A stretch of DNA of 64,000 nt, from contig CM052818.1 in NCBI GenBank assembly GCA_028534125.1, forward strand, positions 29,886,001 through 29,950,000. Reading direction: 5' to 3'. Made by a program: the position numbers and the translations under genes. The notes under the pieces were generated by a model, which worked only from the letters and a program-made list of their open reading frames with translations, searched no databases and was not told the origin of the DNA. Shown piece after piece: positions 13,796 through 28,327 of the stretch; position 1 is the stretch's first letter; every line of letters begins with the position of its first letter. Origin of the DNA: Lama glama (Eukaryota).

Positions 13796-14956
13796 AGGAT
13801 GTACATAATAATTTTTAAGTATATCTTTTAAAAAATGCTTAACACTTTACTTGTCAAATTCCTTATAGCACAGGTAACAAATAATCAGGGACATTCTACA
13901 CAGTTACCAAAACACACGTATGCTATAACGCAAAACAGCAGATTTCTAAGGGTACTGAAGTGGGAAAATGAAACAGGCAACCAAGGACTTAAGAGATTAG
14001 CATCCAACCAGTTCCAAAATTGTATGTAGAAAACAGTAATTTGCAAAGTTGATTATTACACTACAAAGTAAGCAAGCTTTTCTTTCTACCAGATAAGAGT
14101 ACTTTGTTCTTGCCTTATCTGAAAAATACCAAAAGAAGAAAACACCAGAATTCTAACTTGATTCCTAACTACGATAATAAAAATGCCTTTGAGAAGATGA
14201 TATATCTTAAGCAACTTGTGTTCATTAAAGACATGTCTTATCTTCTTGTTATCCCTTAAGCTAAAAAGATACTGACTGACCCCTTGCTTTGTGAGTTTTC
14301 TCTTCTCCAAAAGCCTTCTTTGATTGGGAATCCTCAAACATCTGTTACTCTGTCTTTCCTTTACACTCCAACTGTGGTTTTCATCTATCAACTTTATTTT
14401 CCTTTATTTTCCCATTCCTTCTGTATTTCTCTGTAGTGAGGTGACTACCCAGCTATTCCACTGAAACCATCCCAGAGATCAGCAGAGCATTCCCTGAACC
14501 ATCACCACTGCCCTCCTCCTGACCGCTCACCATTGTGGAAATCTGACAAGCAGCCCACGCTCTCAACACTGCCTCTGATTCTATCACCCATGCTCTCCCA
14601 GGTCTGCTCCTCCCTCTCTGACGTCCTCTTCCTTATCTCATCGGTGTAGCATTATCCTCAATTTCAGAAGAAAGAGGTACACACTCTACTGGGTTTGGAG
14701 TGAAGATTCAAACTCTTGATCTGTCACTTCATTTATTCTTTCAACAAGTATTTATTTAGTGCCTGTTATGCGCAACACATTGGACCGGTACCTGGGATCA
14801 ATGAACAAGAAATATTTGCTCACTGCCCTCAAATTCAAGCAAGTACAAAGCAAAATGCTTGCATCTAAATAAGCAGCAAGATATATGCAGCGTGGAAACT
14901 AAAATGATGAGTTTTATTTTTTTTTCTCTTTAATTTCCTTAGGTGGCAGTGTTTCA

Positions 14957-15118
<162 letters not shown>

Positions 15119-15599
15119 TTAAATTAAAAGAAAAAAAAGCAAATTAATCCCAGAATGCATGTTGTAATGAATGAAGTATGATTTTTAAAAAGTATAATTT
15201 TTAAAATTTAAAAAATTTTATATATTTTGAAAGCACATATTTCAATATTAATGTACCATATACAAATGTAGAGATGAGAGTGCCAAAGATAAACACAAAA
15301 AAGTAATAAAATGCTAACAAATAAGCTGTGGCTGGTGCACTAATGTCAATGTAACTTCTTTTATAAGGAAAAATGAAATCCAATCTGTGCTACTCCACAA
15401 AGAAAATAAAAAGAATTACTATGGCACTGACTCCTATTTATTAAATTCAAACAAAGAAAATTTACTATAACCATGTAACAGGCAAAGATTAAGAGGTTGT
15501 CACAGAGGCAGAACAATGGAAATTCGTAGATCCTGCTGATTCAAGTATGACTTGGCCAAATCATTTTGTATAAGAACCACACGCTAACCGATTGCACAA

Positions 15600-16250
15600 C
15601 TGGAGCTTCTTGGTCGAATCATTTTGGAAAACAACTGAGCACTGTTTTGTAAAGTGAGCGTGCACATATCCTAACTTCAGTAATCCCAGCCTAGTACGGA
15701 GGCCAGAGAAATTCTTAAACAGGTGTACCAGAAGTATACACAAATACCCATAGTAATATGGTGTATAATAGGAAAAACCTGTTAATAATTCAAATGTCCA
15801 AAAAAGAAAGTAATAAACTGTAAAGTATTCACCCAATGAAAAGCTATACTGCAAAGTAAACTGCTCCTATGTATAACAACGTGGATGAAACACAACAGTG
15901 AAAGAAGAAAGCAAATCACAGAAGACTACATATTGTAAGACAGCATTTTTTATAAAGCTCAGAAAGAAACAAGATGAAGCAACTGACTTAAAGGCATAAA
16001 AGACATGTGAGTAAACATATTTTCTCAAAAGCCAAGAAAATGGCAAAACGCAAAACTCGGGACAGTGATTACATTTTAAAGAGAGGCAAGAGGACAGATG
16101 GGAAAGAAGCACAGACTGAGCTCATGGTATCTGCAATCTTCTAGGTCTTAAGTTGGGTGGGGGGTTCATTTTATTATTACGCTATGTAACTTACATTTAT
16201 ATGTTACACTAATTATTTTGTATGTAAATATTCCTCATATTAAGAATGAA
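15600..16250 (+). mobile_element. Old L1 (L1ME-like) 3' fragment
   Basis: attttggaaaacaactg...gaaagcaaatcacagaagactacatattg...ttttataaagctca. Confidence 0.65.
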
Positions 16251-18239
16251 AAGAAAGTACCACCTCACAAAATAGTACCATGTCCTTGAAATTTTCAATG
16301 TTGTTGGAGGATTTTATAATAAGCATAAAATGTTCACATAATAATGGTTAAATGAACATATTTTTACTGTTGGTAAAAAAAAAGAGTGGAAGGGAAGAAT
16401 TATGAAATCATTTTATGTTGTACACCTGAAATTAATACAATGCTATATCTCAATTTTATCTCAATTAAAAACACATACATACACACAATGCATGCACATA
16501 CATACTTAGACATTACTGGTTTGACTACACAAAGGAATTATGTATCAATTGGCAAGATGAGCCAATTAACCCCTAAGGTCCTTTCAGTTCTAAGACATGA
16601 TTCCGATAAGTGAACAAAGTAAATAGATAAGTAGAATAAAAGTCACTCTACAATAAGAACCTCATCCAAAATGGATCAACATTCAACTCTCACATACAAA
16701 ATTCCAATCCTAACTTCACTGCATAAAGTATATAAAGTGAAATGCTACAGGCTCATTACAAATAATTATGATACAGTAACTCTAACAGGCCACCACAATT
16801 CACCATGATTTACTGACTTAGGCTTAGCAGGGATTCCTCTGCAATCTGAAAGTCAGACTGTTCATTCAAAAGGAATTACCATCCCCACTCCAGTTGTCTG
16901 AATTACTGAAGGATCACTGTACTTTAAGAAATTCCTCCCCACAATTACTTTACATAAAAGCAATCAGGTATACCGATATATGAGACATGGGACAAGTTCT
17001 AGCACGGGGTCTTCAGGTAAAATCAAACTCAAGCAGGAGGCCAGTGAAGAGCAAGAATGAAAGAAAAGGAGCATGAAGCTAGCCCCATGGTCTGGCCAAT
17101 CCATGATCTGTAAGAATTCACCCTATGTCTCCTTTCCAAACAACCCAGCTTCCCACAATGTCCAAGTCTCCTCTTCATAGGGGCTAATAACCATGGAGAT
17201 CAGACAGAGATCAGGCAGTATCACAAAACCACTGTTTACAACCCACATAGTAACTCAGTGCACGCGGATCATCAATTCATTGATGTTTTAATCCAGAGGT
17301 TTACAAATTGCAGCAGATGCTCCAAGATTCAGAATATAATCAAGTAGTTTCTACCAAACAATGAAGATTTAAATTGCCCATGAAATACATTCAACACTTT
17401 TTAACTGTTCTATGTATTGAGATACTACCAAGATCATATTTGGGGACAAAAATAGTATTTGAAGACAAGCATTTTCTAGGTTTTTAGTCCTCTCTCAACT
17501 ATGAAGTCTAACTGAATATAGCTAAACTTCAACTGAGAGAATGACTAGGAAAACATATATTTGGTTTGATTTAGTTTTCTGATGAGTTGACAATTATGAA
17601 TTTGCCAAATTATTTTAAGAAATAGCATAAAGGAAAACAGAATTTGAGTCAGTAAAATCTGGATTCAAGCCCTAATTGCTGCACTATAATTCTGAGTGAG
17701 TCATTTAGTCATTTGAACCCTGATTTCCCACCTGAAAAGTGACAAAAACAAGAACTTCTAAGATTGTTAGAACATTAATGAGGGCTAATGTGAAAGCACG
17801 TGGTATAATTCTGAGCACATAATATTGCTTGCAACTGGTTGCTGTTTATATCATTTACATACTAAGTATCATGAACAAAACAAGTAATTTTTCAGAAGTA
17901 AGCATAAATTCTGTCACTGGAATCAAATAATGTGATAGGACAAATGAGTTGGATTTAGAAACAGAATTCTATATGTGTGATCCTTTTTAATCTAACAAAA
18001 GAGGACTGTAGAAGCGAATTTAACTTTTGTATAAATAAAAGACTACTGTTAGTGTAAGGAAGATAAAAGCCTATGAGGTGAACACAAAAAGATAAATTCT
18101 ACTGAGTTAGAAGACAATTTTTTAATAAATGCTCCCTTTCTTAAATTGCTTATTCCTAATTTAACCAGTCTCAATATTGTAACTTTGTGAAACATCCTAT
18201 TTTGAAAATTGCTAAATCTCCAGATGGGAAATGGGATTT

Positions 18240-18905
18240 TACGTATTCTAAAAGAACCATGTTAATTAATTACAAAGGTAAAAAGAATAACTTTACATTG
18301 GAGAAGCCTGTGTAATCATGTGATCAAAGTTAACATCAACAGTAGTGGAACAAATCTTAATTGTGTTCTACCTGCTGGGAGGCAATAAGAACCACAAAAC
18401 CTTACTTGTCTGATACCCCTGCTAATGATGTCGAATGTGAATCTAATTATATATATATATTTACATATTCTTTTTATCAGACAAACTCAAACTGAGAGAA
18501 ACTATACCGAATAACTGGCTTATAAATTTCAAAAGTGTCAAGATCATGAAAGTCAAGCAAAAATGAAGAACTATTCTAGATTGACAGAAACTGAAGCTAT
18601 ATGACAACTAAACGTGACACATATGTTCTAGACTGGATCCTGTGCTATAAAGGAAATTATTGGGACAACTGGCAAAACTTGAAGGAGGTCTGAATATTAA
18701 ATGATCGCAAAGTGTGGAAGTTAATTTCCTAATTTTGATAGCTGTATTATGGCTATGTACAAAAATTTCTTGTTTGTTGAAAATACACACTATTCAAGGG
18801 TGATAGAGTATCATATTGGCAGATTATTCTCGAAAGTTCTTCGCAATGCCTTGCTCTTGCAACTGTTTTCCAAATTTGAAACTATTTCAAAATTGAAAAA
18901 TAAAA
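18240..18905 (+). mobile_element. Old L1 (L1MC/ME-like) 3'UTR
   Basis: taactttacattggagaagcctg...gatcaaagttaacatcaacagt...gacaactaaacg...actggatcctg...attattgggacaactggcaaaacttgaa. Confidence 0.7.
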
Positions 18906-19291
18906 CAAAATAAAATGAAAAACTATTTCTACCACACACAAGGTTCTACTGTATTAAAAAATAATTCTATCATTTGAATGTAAATATCCTTAAAGGCCAA
19001 AACAGTCACCAATCCTAAATATTTCATTGAGTCTATTCCTAGCTAAGGCTAACCAAAAAAATTTTGTTTATGAGGGAAAAGAGAAGAATAATATACCAAC
19101 TTACAAGGGATTTCTGAGATTCTTAATTTCAAATCCTTTAATTGGTTGCACAACTATTCTTGATCTTCATAAGCCATTATGAGATTCCCTATTCATCCAG
19201 AACTCTCAGGACCTGCTTGAGCAAGGATTTTCACAACACAAGACAACCAGTATGCAAGGAGTTCAAAGTAGCCAAGTAAGTCATTACTTAC

Positions 19292-19404
19292 CAGACTCCA
19301 AGGATAACAGCAAGCTCTTCAGCACACAGGTCGGGCATCTGAAACTGTTCGCTATCTGCTAACTTTATCTCATTTAGAACAGTATCATCACTGAGCTCAA
19401 GATT
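19292..19404 (-). CDS. TTC27: TTC27 coding exon 8 ([38 protein letters not shown])
   Basis: Acceptor ccaccag|, donor TG|gtaagt, 113 nt. Confidence 0.96.
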
Positions 19405-19658
19405 CTGGTGGAATATCAAAGAAAATATTCAAAACAAAAATTAAATTTGATTCATTTAACAGACTATATGCAACAGATTGCTAGGAAGGATAACTTATCT
19501 TTCTGTTTAAGATTTTACAATGTCTATATATGGTTCATAGGCTGCTTCTTGTGAAACACGTATCTGTGGACAATTTGCTGTGCAGAAATGGAGAACATGC
19601 CATCTATACCTCAGGAATGCACTGACAACATCAATATCAGGGAATATCAGCTATCACT

Positions 19659-19821
19659 GGGGAGGGTATAGCTCAGTGGTAGAGTGCATGCCTATCATGC
19701 ACGAGGTCTTGGGTTCAGTCACCAGTACTTCCATCAAAAAAATAAATAAGTAAACCTAATTACCTCCCCCTGCAATAAATTAAAATAAGTAAATAATAAA
19801 TACATAAATAAATAAAATAAT
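19659..19821 (+). mobile_element. tRNA-derived SINE (camelid family) with 18-bp TSD
   Basis: Family head and tail; TSD agggaatatcagctatca at 19639-19656 and 19822-19839. Confidence 0.9.
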
Positions 19822-19969
19822 AGGGAATATCAGCTATCATTGATTGAGCCTAGTATGCAAAAGTCCCTTTTACTGATGCATCAGGATTCAAAACAAATCG
19901 TTCTACTCTGCTTTTAAATCTTAATCCAAAACCTCAATTCCCAACTCCATTTCTCATCAAGATCTAGAA

Positions 19970-22110
19970 TAGGCAAAACAATGAAAAAAGAATAAAACCT
20001 GAAGACTTAGAGAACTTGATAAAGTACTTAATTTCAAGAATTACTACAAAGCCAAGACAGTGTGCTACTGGCAACAAAGACAGACATCTAGATGAAAGAA
20101 ACAGAAAGTAGTCCAAATTTTAAACCCATATTATATGGTCAGTTGATTTCAACAAGGCGCCTAGCTGCTTCAACAGAGGAAAGTCTTTTCAATAAATGGT
20201 GTTAGAACAACTGGATATCCATTTGGGGGAAAAGTGGCCCTCCACCCTTATCTCATACTGTACACAAAAATTAAATCAAAATTGATCACAGACCTTAATG
20301 TGGAAGCGAATACTAAAAAACTTCCAGGAAAAAAATCATAGGAGAAAAAGCTTTGCAACTTTGGGATAGGCAGACTATCCTTAATCAGGACACCAAAAAC
20401 CTGAACCATCAAAGAAAAACTTAATACAGTGGACTTCATCAAATTAAAAACTTCTGCTCTTTGAAGACATCATTAAGGAAATGAAAAGCCAACCTCTAGA
20501 CTCAGAGAACATGTTCACAAAACAAAGATCTGAAAAAAGGTTTGTATTCAGAATATGGAATTACAACTTAATAATGAGAAGATAAACAACACAATATAAA
20601 AATGGACAAAAGATATGTACAGACACTTCATAAAAGAATGGCCAATGAGCACAGAAAAAGATTCTCAAAACAGTAGTTAACAGGGAAATACCAATTAAAA
20701 TTAGAATTAACTAGTACACACACTTTAGATAAAATTTAAAAGACTGATAATAGTAAATATTGACAAGGATCTGGAACAATTAGAACTTTAATATATTTCT
20801 GGGTAAAATGCAAAATGGTACAACCACAGAAAACAGATTGCTAGTTTCTTACAATAGCTATCAGTTCCACTCCTAAATAGTTACCCATGAGAAACAAAGA
20901 CATGTATGTAAGTGTTCACAGCAGTTTTATCTGTAACAGCCCCAAACTGGAAACAATCTAAATGTCTGTCAACAGGTAAACAGATTAAAAAGAAAAATTA
21001 TGCTATCTCCATTTAATGGAATTCTAATCAGCAAGAAAAAGGAAGGACTGACACATGCAACCACATAGATATATCTCAAAACAACATGCTGAGCAAAAGA
21101 GGCCAGATACAGAAGAGTACATACTGTATGGTTCCATTCACATGAAATTCTAGAAAAGGCAAACTATCTATAGTCACAGAAAGCAGATCACTGACTGTTT
21201 AGGACCAGAAGGGGTGGGGGATTAATTGCAAAGGGTAGGATGGAACTTTCTAGGGTAAGGAAATGTATCCTGATTGTAATGGTTGGGTGTATGTATTTGC
21301 CAAACTCATCAAATTGTATAATTAAAATGGGTCAATTTTTCTGTGTATAAGTTACATCTCAATAAAATAGACTTAAAAAAATGACTCATCAAAAACAGTA
21401 AAATCACAATGAGATACACGACACATACACTCACAAGAATAGCGAAAAATTTTTAAACTGATCACACCAAGCACTGGCAATGATGTAGAGCAATTGTGCT
21501 CTCATATATTGAGGGTGGAAATGTAAAATGGTACAACCACTTTGGGAAACAGTTGGCAGTTTCTCAACAAGCTAAAATCACACTTACCACACAGCCTAAC
21601 CATTCCATTCCTTGGCATTTACCCATGATAATTAAAAACATAAGCCGCGTGAAGACTTACACATAAGTGTTCCAAGCAACTTTATTTATAATAGCCAAAA
21701 ACTCTAAATGGCTCAATGGTCTACCAACAGACAAATTGTGTCTACCAAACAACACACTGTGGCTTATCCATACAACGAAATAATACTCAGCAATAAACAG
21801 GAGCTAACTGTTAGAATCAAAATATAGATGAATCTCAAAACACTATGCTAAGTGAAAGAACACAGACACAGAAAAGTGATACTATATGATTCCATTTACT
21901 TAAAATTCTAGAAAAAACAGCTGTAATCTGTGACAGAAAGCAGACCAGTGGGAGGGAAAGTGACCGACTGCAAAGTAGTATGAGTGGACTTTTTGACATA
22001 ATGGAAATGCTTCTATATTTTTATAACAGTGGTGGTTACATGAACCTATTTGTCAAAACACTTAAAATAGGTAATTTTATTTTATGTAAATTATTCCTCA
22101 ATAACCTTGA
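19970..22110 (+). mobile_element. Two adjacent old L1 3' portions (~19970-21380 and ~21385-22110)
   Basis: ORF2-end/3'UTR motifs (aaaatggtacaaccac, atgctgag/aagtgaaaga, gtgacagaaagcaga) occur twice in tandem. Confidence 0.85.
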
Positions 22111-22492
22111 TCTAAGTTTTTTTTCTCTTATTCAATAAAAGTAGCTAAAACTAGGAAGACTTTGGATGGAGGTGGGCAGAGCCTCCCAGCCTTCCCCTTC
22201 AGAAGGCTAGAAACTGTCTATGGCTAAGAGGACAACCTCTTAACTGATAATCTCCTAACTGCTAAGCAGTTAACCTGCCCAAATCATAGTCTAAAGGAAC
22301 AACTCCCCTTGTCCATCCTCAGATTCATCCTAACTGGAGACCTAGCTCTATCTATAAGGTTTTGAGAAGAGTACAGCAACCTCCAACAACTTCGGATGGC
22401 AGGAACACAGAACTTTAGGCTCAGGATCCACTGAAAAAGTGCCTCTTCCTCCCTGACCAGCACAACTTCAAACAGCAGGGCTAGCAGGTACA

Positions 22493-22511
22493 CAGCGCAC
22501 CCTGGTGGCCA
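22493..22511 (-). promoter_or_regulatory. Candidate CTCF binding site
   Basis: Minus strand TGGCCACCAGGGTGCGCTG; one mismatch to the core CCASYAGRKGGCRS. Confidence 0.5.
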
Positions 22512-22539
22512 ACTTTTTTCTAAACAGGCCTTTCATAAT

Positions 22540-22602
22540 TTCAAATTAGAGCTACATGGTATATAATTTTAAATCATCTAATAGCCACACTTTAAAAAGC
22601 AA

Positions 22603-22660
<58 letters not shown>

Positions 22661-22780
22661 TAATTTAACCTAATACATCAAGAATATTATCGTTGTAACA
22701 CGTATCAATATAAAATTATTAATTAAGATACTATACATTCGTTTTTTCGTACAGAGTTCATGAAATCCTGTCCATACTGG
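22540..22780. mobile_element. MER3/MER33-like hAT-Charlie relic containing an (AAT)n expansion
   Basis: taattttaaat...taatagccacac...atttaacctaata...aatattatc...caatataaaattattaat. Confidence 0.65.
22603..22653 (+). repeat. (AAT)17 microsatellite
   Basis: Perfect trinucleotide run. Confidence 0.95.
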
Positions 22781-24452
22781 ACAGTTCAGCTGTAAAGGAT
22801 CCAAAACTCTCACCTTTTCACATCCTGATGGGGGAGTGTATCGACCTGCCTACTAATATCCAATGTTTAATAACACATTTGCAAAGCACTTTTACAGATC
22901 TAATCTGATCCTCTAAGAATGTGTGATGTGGGAAAGGCAAATGAGGAAACAGAATATAGTAACTTTCCCAGGTTGTCACCCAGGCTAGACAATAAAGATG
23001 TGACAGGGACCCAAGTGTCATAGCCTGGGAATCCTTCCTCTCCCCCACAGAAGACCTGAGACAGGTCAGCATTATCAACAAGGTACTATTTACTTGTCAG
23101 ATACAAACTGGTGATCAAAACAGGTTTGATCTCCATTCAAGAGTCTCTACATTCCATAAGTTTAAAAGGGAATAATCACCAGTGGTATTAAATGTTTACT
23201 AAACACTAATGCTGAAATATTTATGAAATTTTCTCTGAGTTTCAGATTTTTCTTAATTTGGAATGTTCTAATAAGTTACTTAGCATTTTTATCAACACAT
23301 AGGAAAAACTGTACCAATCTTTCCCTCTTGACTTTTATTAAAATAAAAAACTATTGTGATAAAAAAAGGTGCTCTATGTTCCTATTCAGCTCTTCTTGAA
23401 ATTAAAATGTCTGCTGCAGTATCTACTTACCTATCTGTTCTACAAGCCCCAAACTGCTGTTCTACTTTCGTTCCATTCCAACCTCCTAACATTCTACTGA
23501 ATCAAGAAATTAGCTACAGTCCTTCTCACCTCGTCTAGCAATGCCTGTGATATTGTTATCATGTATCCATCATAGATCTGTTTCTCCTTTTAGTGTTGCC
23601 CTTGCTGTGTAATAAATACTGTACCTAGATCATCAAATGAAAGCCTGAAACTACACAAGCGTGGACTTTTGGACAGACTTAGATTTTGCACTTAACTTTT
23701 TACAATCTTACAGTAGAGACCAGTCACATAAGACACACATCTGGATTGTCTTATGTTACTGAATTTTTCTTGTCTAAATATCCTTGACATTTCAGTTGTC
23801 AAAAATGAAAACTGGTATTTCAGATCTGTTTTCTGAAATTTTTTAAGCTAAAATCACATGCAAGAATTGACTTTGAAGCTACTTATTTTGACACTCTTTA
23901 GGTCTTAGGTCTATATAAAAGCAGCAAACCAACGAGCACTGCATTTGGGATATTTAGTTTTATCTTTAGTTAAACACCACCCAGTTGTATTCTTTACACC
24001 ATCTAATGTATGATACACTAAGGTAGAATGTATAATTTTGCAATCTTTATTTCCCTTTGCATTCACTTTAAGCATCTTAATAAATTGCTGTATTGTGCTT
24101 AAGGTAGAAAGAAGAAAAAGAAAAAAGAAAATGAGCACATAATTTATTTCCAATTTGTGGGACACACCACATTCAGCTTTTAATGTATGTTTCTTATCAG
24201 TGATGCTGATCAGGTGTTTGTGTTTTCTGTGACTATACAATTTTAATTTACTCTCCCTCCTCACACCACGTCCCCATGATCAAACAATAAAGAACAGAGA
24301 CTGTGCCTTTGGCACGTTGGGCTTGCTCATAATTGTTGGCTTATTAAATCCTGAAGTCTAATAGCCTTAGGCTGTGTAATTCCTCATTAATAACAGATTA
24401 AAAATCTAGGAAGGCCCAAAGGGAAACATGTTACTCACTGGCAATAAAATTA

Positions 24453-24625
24453 CTGTATTTCCTCAACTCTAAGATATACATTTCCACATTGTATCACTTC
24501 TAATCAGGATATATTTCATAATCACTGTAATTGGTATAATAGTGTTCCTTTTCTCCTAAAGAGTAGTTATTAAACAGATGGTGTGTTTTATAATCTAATA
24601 GAATCTTTGACATAAGGAAATATGG
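24453..24625. mobile_element. MER104/Kanga-like TcMar-Tc2 element
   Basis: Imperfect terminal inverted repeats ctgtatttcctcaactctaagat / atctttgacataaggaaatatgg, flanked by TA on both sides. Confidence 0.65.
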
Positions 24626-26108
24626 TATGTAACTAACCAAGCAAATCAATCTTCCATCCCTGAGTACCTACCCATACTTACATCACACAATTTATACTTT
24701 CCACCTTGAATTAATGAAGATCATAAGATTATTTGAATGTATTTTATTTCAAATATGAGAGATGACATAATTTCTGTATTAAACTGTACATCATTTTTAT
24801 ACAGTCCCTGTAATATCATCGTATCCTGTTTATGAGCACAGGAGATAGTTTTCAGTAGGAGAAAAAAAAAACAATTAACAACAATGAATTACTGAATTAA
24901 ATGCTTGGACTCCAGGAATAAATCTCTTTTCATTGATGCTGTTCTATGGCCTAAAAACCAGGCTTCTGACAGTTAATCTAAGACGTAGGGAGGGACTTGG
25001 ATTACATCAAAAGCTGAAGGAGGAGGTCTGGTGCCTATAAGGAAGAAATGGAGGAGGGAAGCAGGTATCAACAGTTCCCTGACCTGCATCAACACGGCAG
25101 CACGAATGCTCGTTCAGCTATGGCTCTCCAACTTCAGGAGGTACAGGCTGTGCCTTAACCAGTCTTATCCCTGAGTTTCTCCACCTTTCCTTCCATCCTT
25201 CCTTCCTTCTCCTCCTAGAATCAATAGCTGCCCCCTTCCCCTGTCCCCCTGAAGTGATCACAAAAGCAAACAACAGAGAACCTGGAAAGAGCCCAGGAAG
25301 TACATAATACCTCATCACAGGCCTCCTCCGGACTCCCTACTGCCGCTGCTCTTTTTCCCCATCTCCCCAGCCCCGGCCCTTGGCGCTATGCTCAGTACAG
25401 AACAGAATGCTGCTGTTCTATGCACCACATAAATTTGTTTGCAGGCTTTGGAATGAAGAGCAGCAAAACATGGGCTTTAAGGGGAGTAACCTCAACCAAA
25501 GAACCAGCAAAAATGCTGGTTTGGGGTCTCTGGGATAAGAAACTATAAATGCTAATTGCCTCCATGAAAGTGGATGGAAAGGCCTATGGGTAGGTAAATT
25601 GACCAAAAGAGCCATAAATTTAAGCTACAAGAAAATGTATTAGTCAAGCCAAGAAAACATACTAAGGCAGCAACTAGCCTAGTAATGACAGTAACTAAAG
25701 GCAGACCAGAAAACTGGTAAGAAAAAAAAAAAAGGAATTCTGATCATCTGTTTACATATTTTGAAGAAGCCCAAGAAATTTCAAGTCTCTTAATGTTCAA
25801 AAATATCAACAGAAGGCAAAAAAAATGGTAGCTGCTAGAAAAATTAATCTCTACTCAGTCTGCCTTTTGGATTTTTTTCCAAGGCCATAATACGCAACAT
25901 TATTAATTCATACTTACTGAAGTCTAGAAAAACAACATTTTATTTCTATTTAAGGGTAAAAACAGTTTAAACATGGGTTCTGTTTGGGGGTTTTTCTTTG
26001 CCCCCAGCCACCTTGTAAAAGCTCAGGAAGGGTCCAAAGAAGCCTCTTCCCACCCCATCCAACGTTTCTATGAAACTCACCCATGGAAACCGTTAGATCT
26101 GCATACTA

Positions 26109-26306
<198 letters not shown>

Positions 26307-28117
26307 TCAATCAGATCTACTGTACAATCATAAAGAGTAGCATTTTCAGAGTGCTTTAGAATTTATAAGGTGTTTTTCCCATTTCAAGTAAAAGAATGAA
26401 GCCCAGTGATGACTTTAAAGTGCCTTTTTATAAAATTACAGAGCCAGTAAACTATAGGGCCAGCACTCAAACCCGGGACTTCTGCCACTAGATCCCACTA
26501 GAAATATTATCATCTCCGTGTAACAGACAAACAAATGTAAGTTCTGAAGGGTAGTCACTTGCTCAAGATCACAAGTTTTCAGTGTCAGAGCCAGAGTTTA
26601 CAGTCAGGGACTTTAGGTTCTAAATCCCACAGTCTTTCTATTACACTATCTGGCTCCACATAAGACCAACATTTTTTTTCATTTTGTATCTGAAAGAACT
26701 TGCAGAACGGCATTAAGGGAAGCAAGAGCTCTGACATCTATTCTCTGGTGAGAGTCAGATTACAAAGACCCTTGATTACAAAGACCAGTCTAAGGAGTCT
26801 GGATTTTATCCTGCAGTGAGTCTGGCTCTACGTAATACAGCAACCTTTTAAACATGCTGTACCAAAAATAGCTATTGAGATGGTCTAACACAGCTTACTT
26901 TTTTCTAGTAAGGCTACAGCTGAATGGAAAAAAATACTAATCTGATTTTCATTTTATATTTGTGAGCACACCTATATTTTTAACTTGGACAAAAAACAGG
27001 AAGAACTAGCTAGTAAATACACCAACAGCTAAAGCTGACTATACAGGGTACTATGCTATTAGTTTTTTAATTTATCAAAAAAAAAAAAAGTCTCTTAAGA
27101 CCAAAACATTTAAAAACATCATCTCTGAAACTAACCTCACAATTTATAGTACATATCACTATATGCTCAAATATAAGACTCCAATTCACACATGGCCATT
27201 GTTCCAAAAGTTGTACGTTGGATATTTAATAATTTTCCCCACACAAATAATGTAATAAAAGGTGGCCAAGATCCCAGATGAGGTCACAAAGCATAATTAT
27301 CTCATAATATAGCTGAAGGACTTTACTGACAGGACTAGCTCAATAAGCAGAGTTTGGGGACTAAGAATGAGCCTTAGAGATCACTGAGGCCTAGCCTCCG
27401 GAGGGTCAGTGACAAACAGCATCAATCACTTCAACAGTCACAGAGCCCAGGTTCAACAGGTACAAGTGGTGTGACCAGTTGACGATGTCTGACTTTCATT
27501 AACGTCTTCAATGTTGAATGCCAATTATATTGTGAGACTAGGGACAGAGCAATACATTAAAAGAAAACCAATGTTTCTTATTTGATATTCAGAAGAAACA
27601 CAGATTTTAGGAAAAATTCTGTAATTTATTTATTCTTCCACAAAATATTTATTGAGTGCCTACTGTCTGCCAGATAGTGTTCTAAGACAATGAAGAAACA
27701 TCGAAACAAAATGGTTCAAAATTTCTGTTCTTAAGGAATACAAAAAAGACAGGATGGAAGCCATAGTGGGTATTTACAAGAAAGGGCAATGTAGAGAGGC
27801 CAGACTAAACTTGAGAATCAGGAGGGGCCTTGGGAGGCCCACATCCACAACCAAATGGGCAAAGTTCATTTGTGTACTGCCATATATTACTAACATGTGT
27901 CTTACGGAATTAGAAAATAAATGGGCATCTTCAGGAAGAAAGAAAATACAAAATTTCATTTTTGTTCTAAAACTATGAACTCTAAAAATAAAAATTTCAA
28001 ATCCATTTTTGTAAAGCAGAGAACATAGAAAATCAAATACAGCCAAACTGCCAATATACATATTAGTTTTACCATAAAAATAAGTCAATTATTTACAAAA
28101 GGTAAAAAAAATCTTAC

Positions 28118-28282
28118 CTGCCAAATCAATTTGTAATCGGCTGATGTCTTTAGCAATATTGAACTGATCTTTAGCTTTTTTATATTCATAATAATATAAA
28201 AATACATATGCACATTCCAGATGGAACTGAATAGCCAAATATCGACCTGAATCATCTACAAACAGATTCTCTAGTTTCATCA
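28118..28282 (-). CDS. TTC27: TTC27 coding exon 6 ([55 protein letters not shown])
   Basis: Acceptor cttgcag|, donor G|gtaaga, 165 nt; corresponds to ORF 28089..28283. Confidence 0.97.
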
Positions 28283-28327
28283 CTGCAAGACAAAAGATGA
28301 AACATTAAAATCTCTGATAATAATAAG

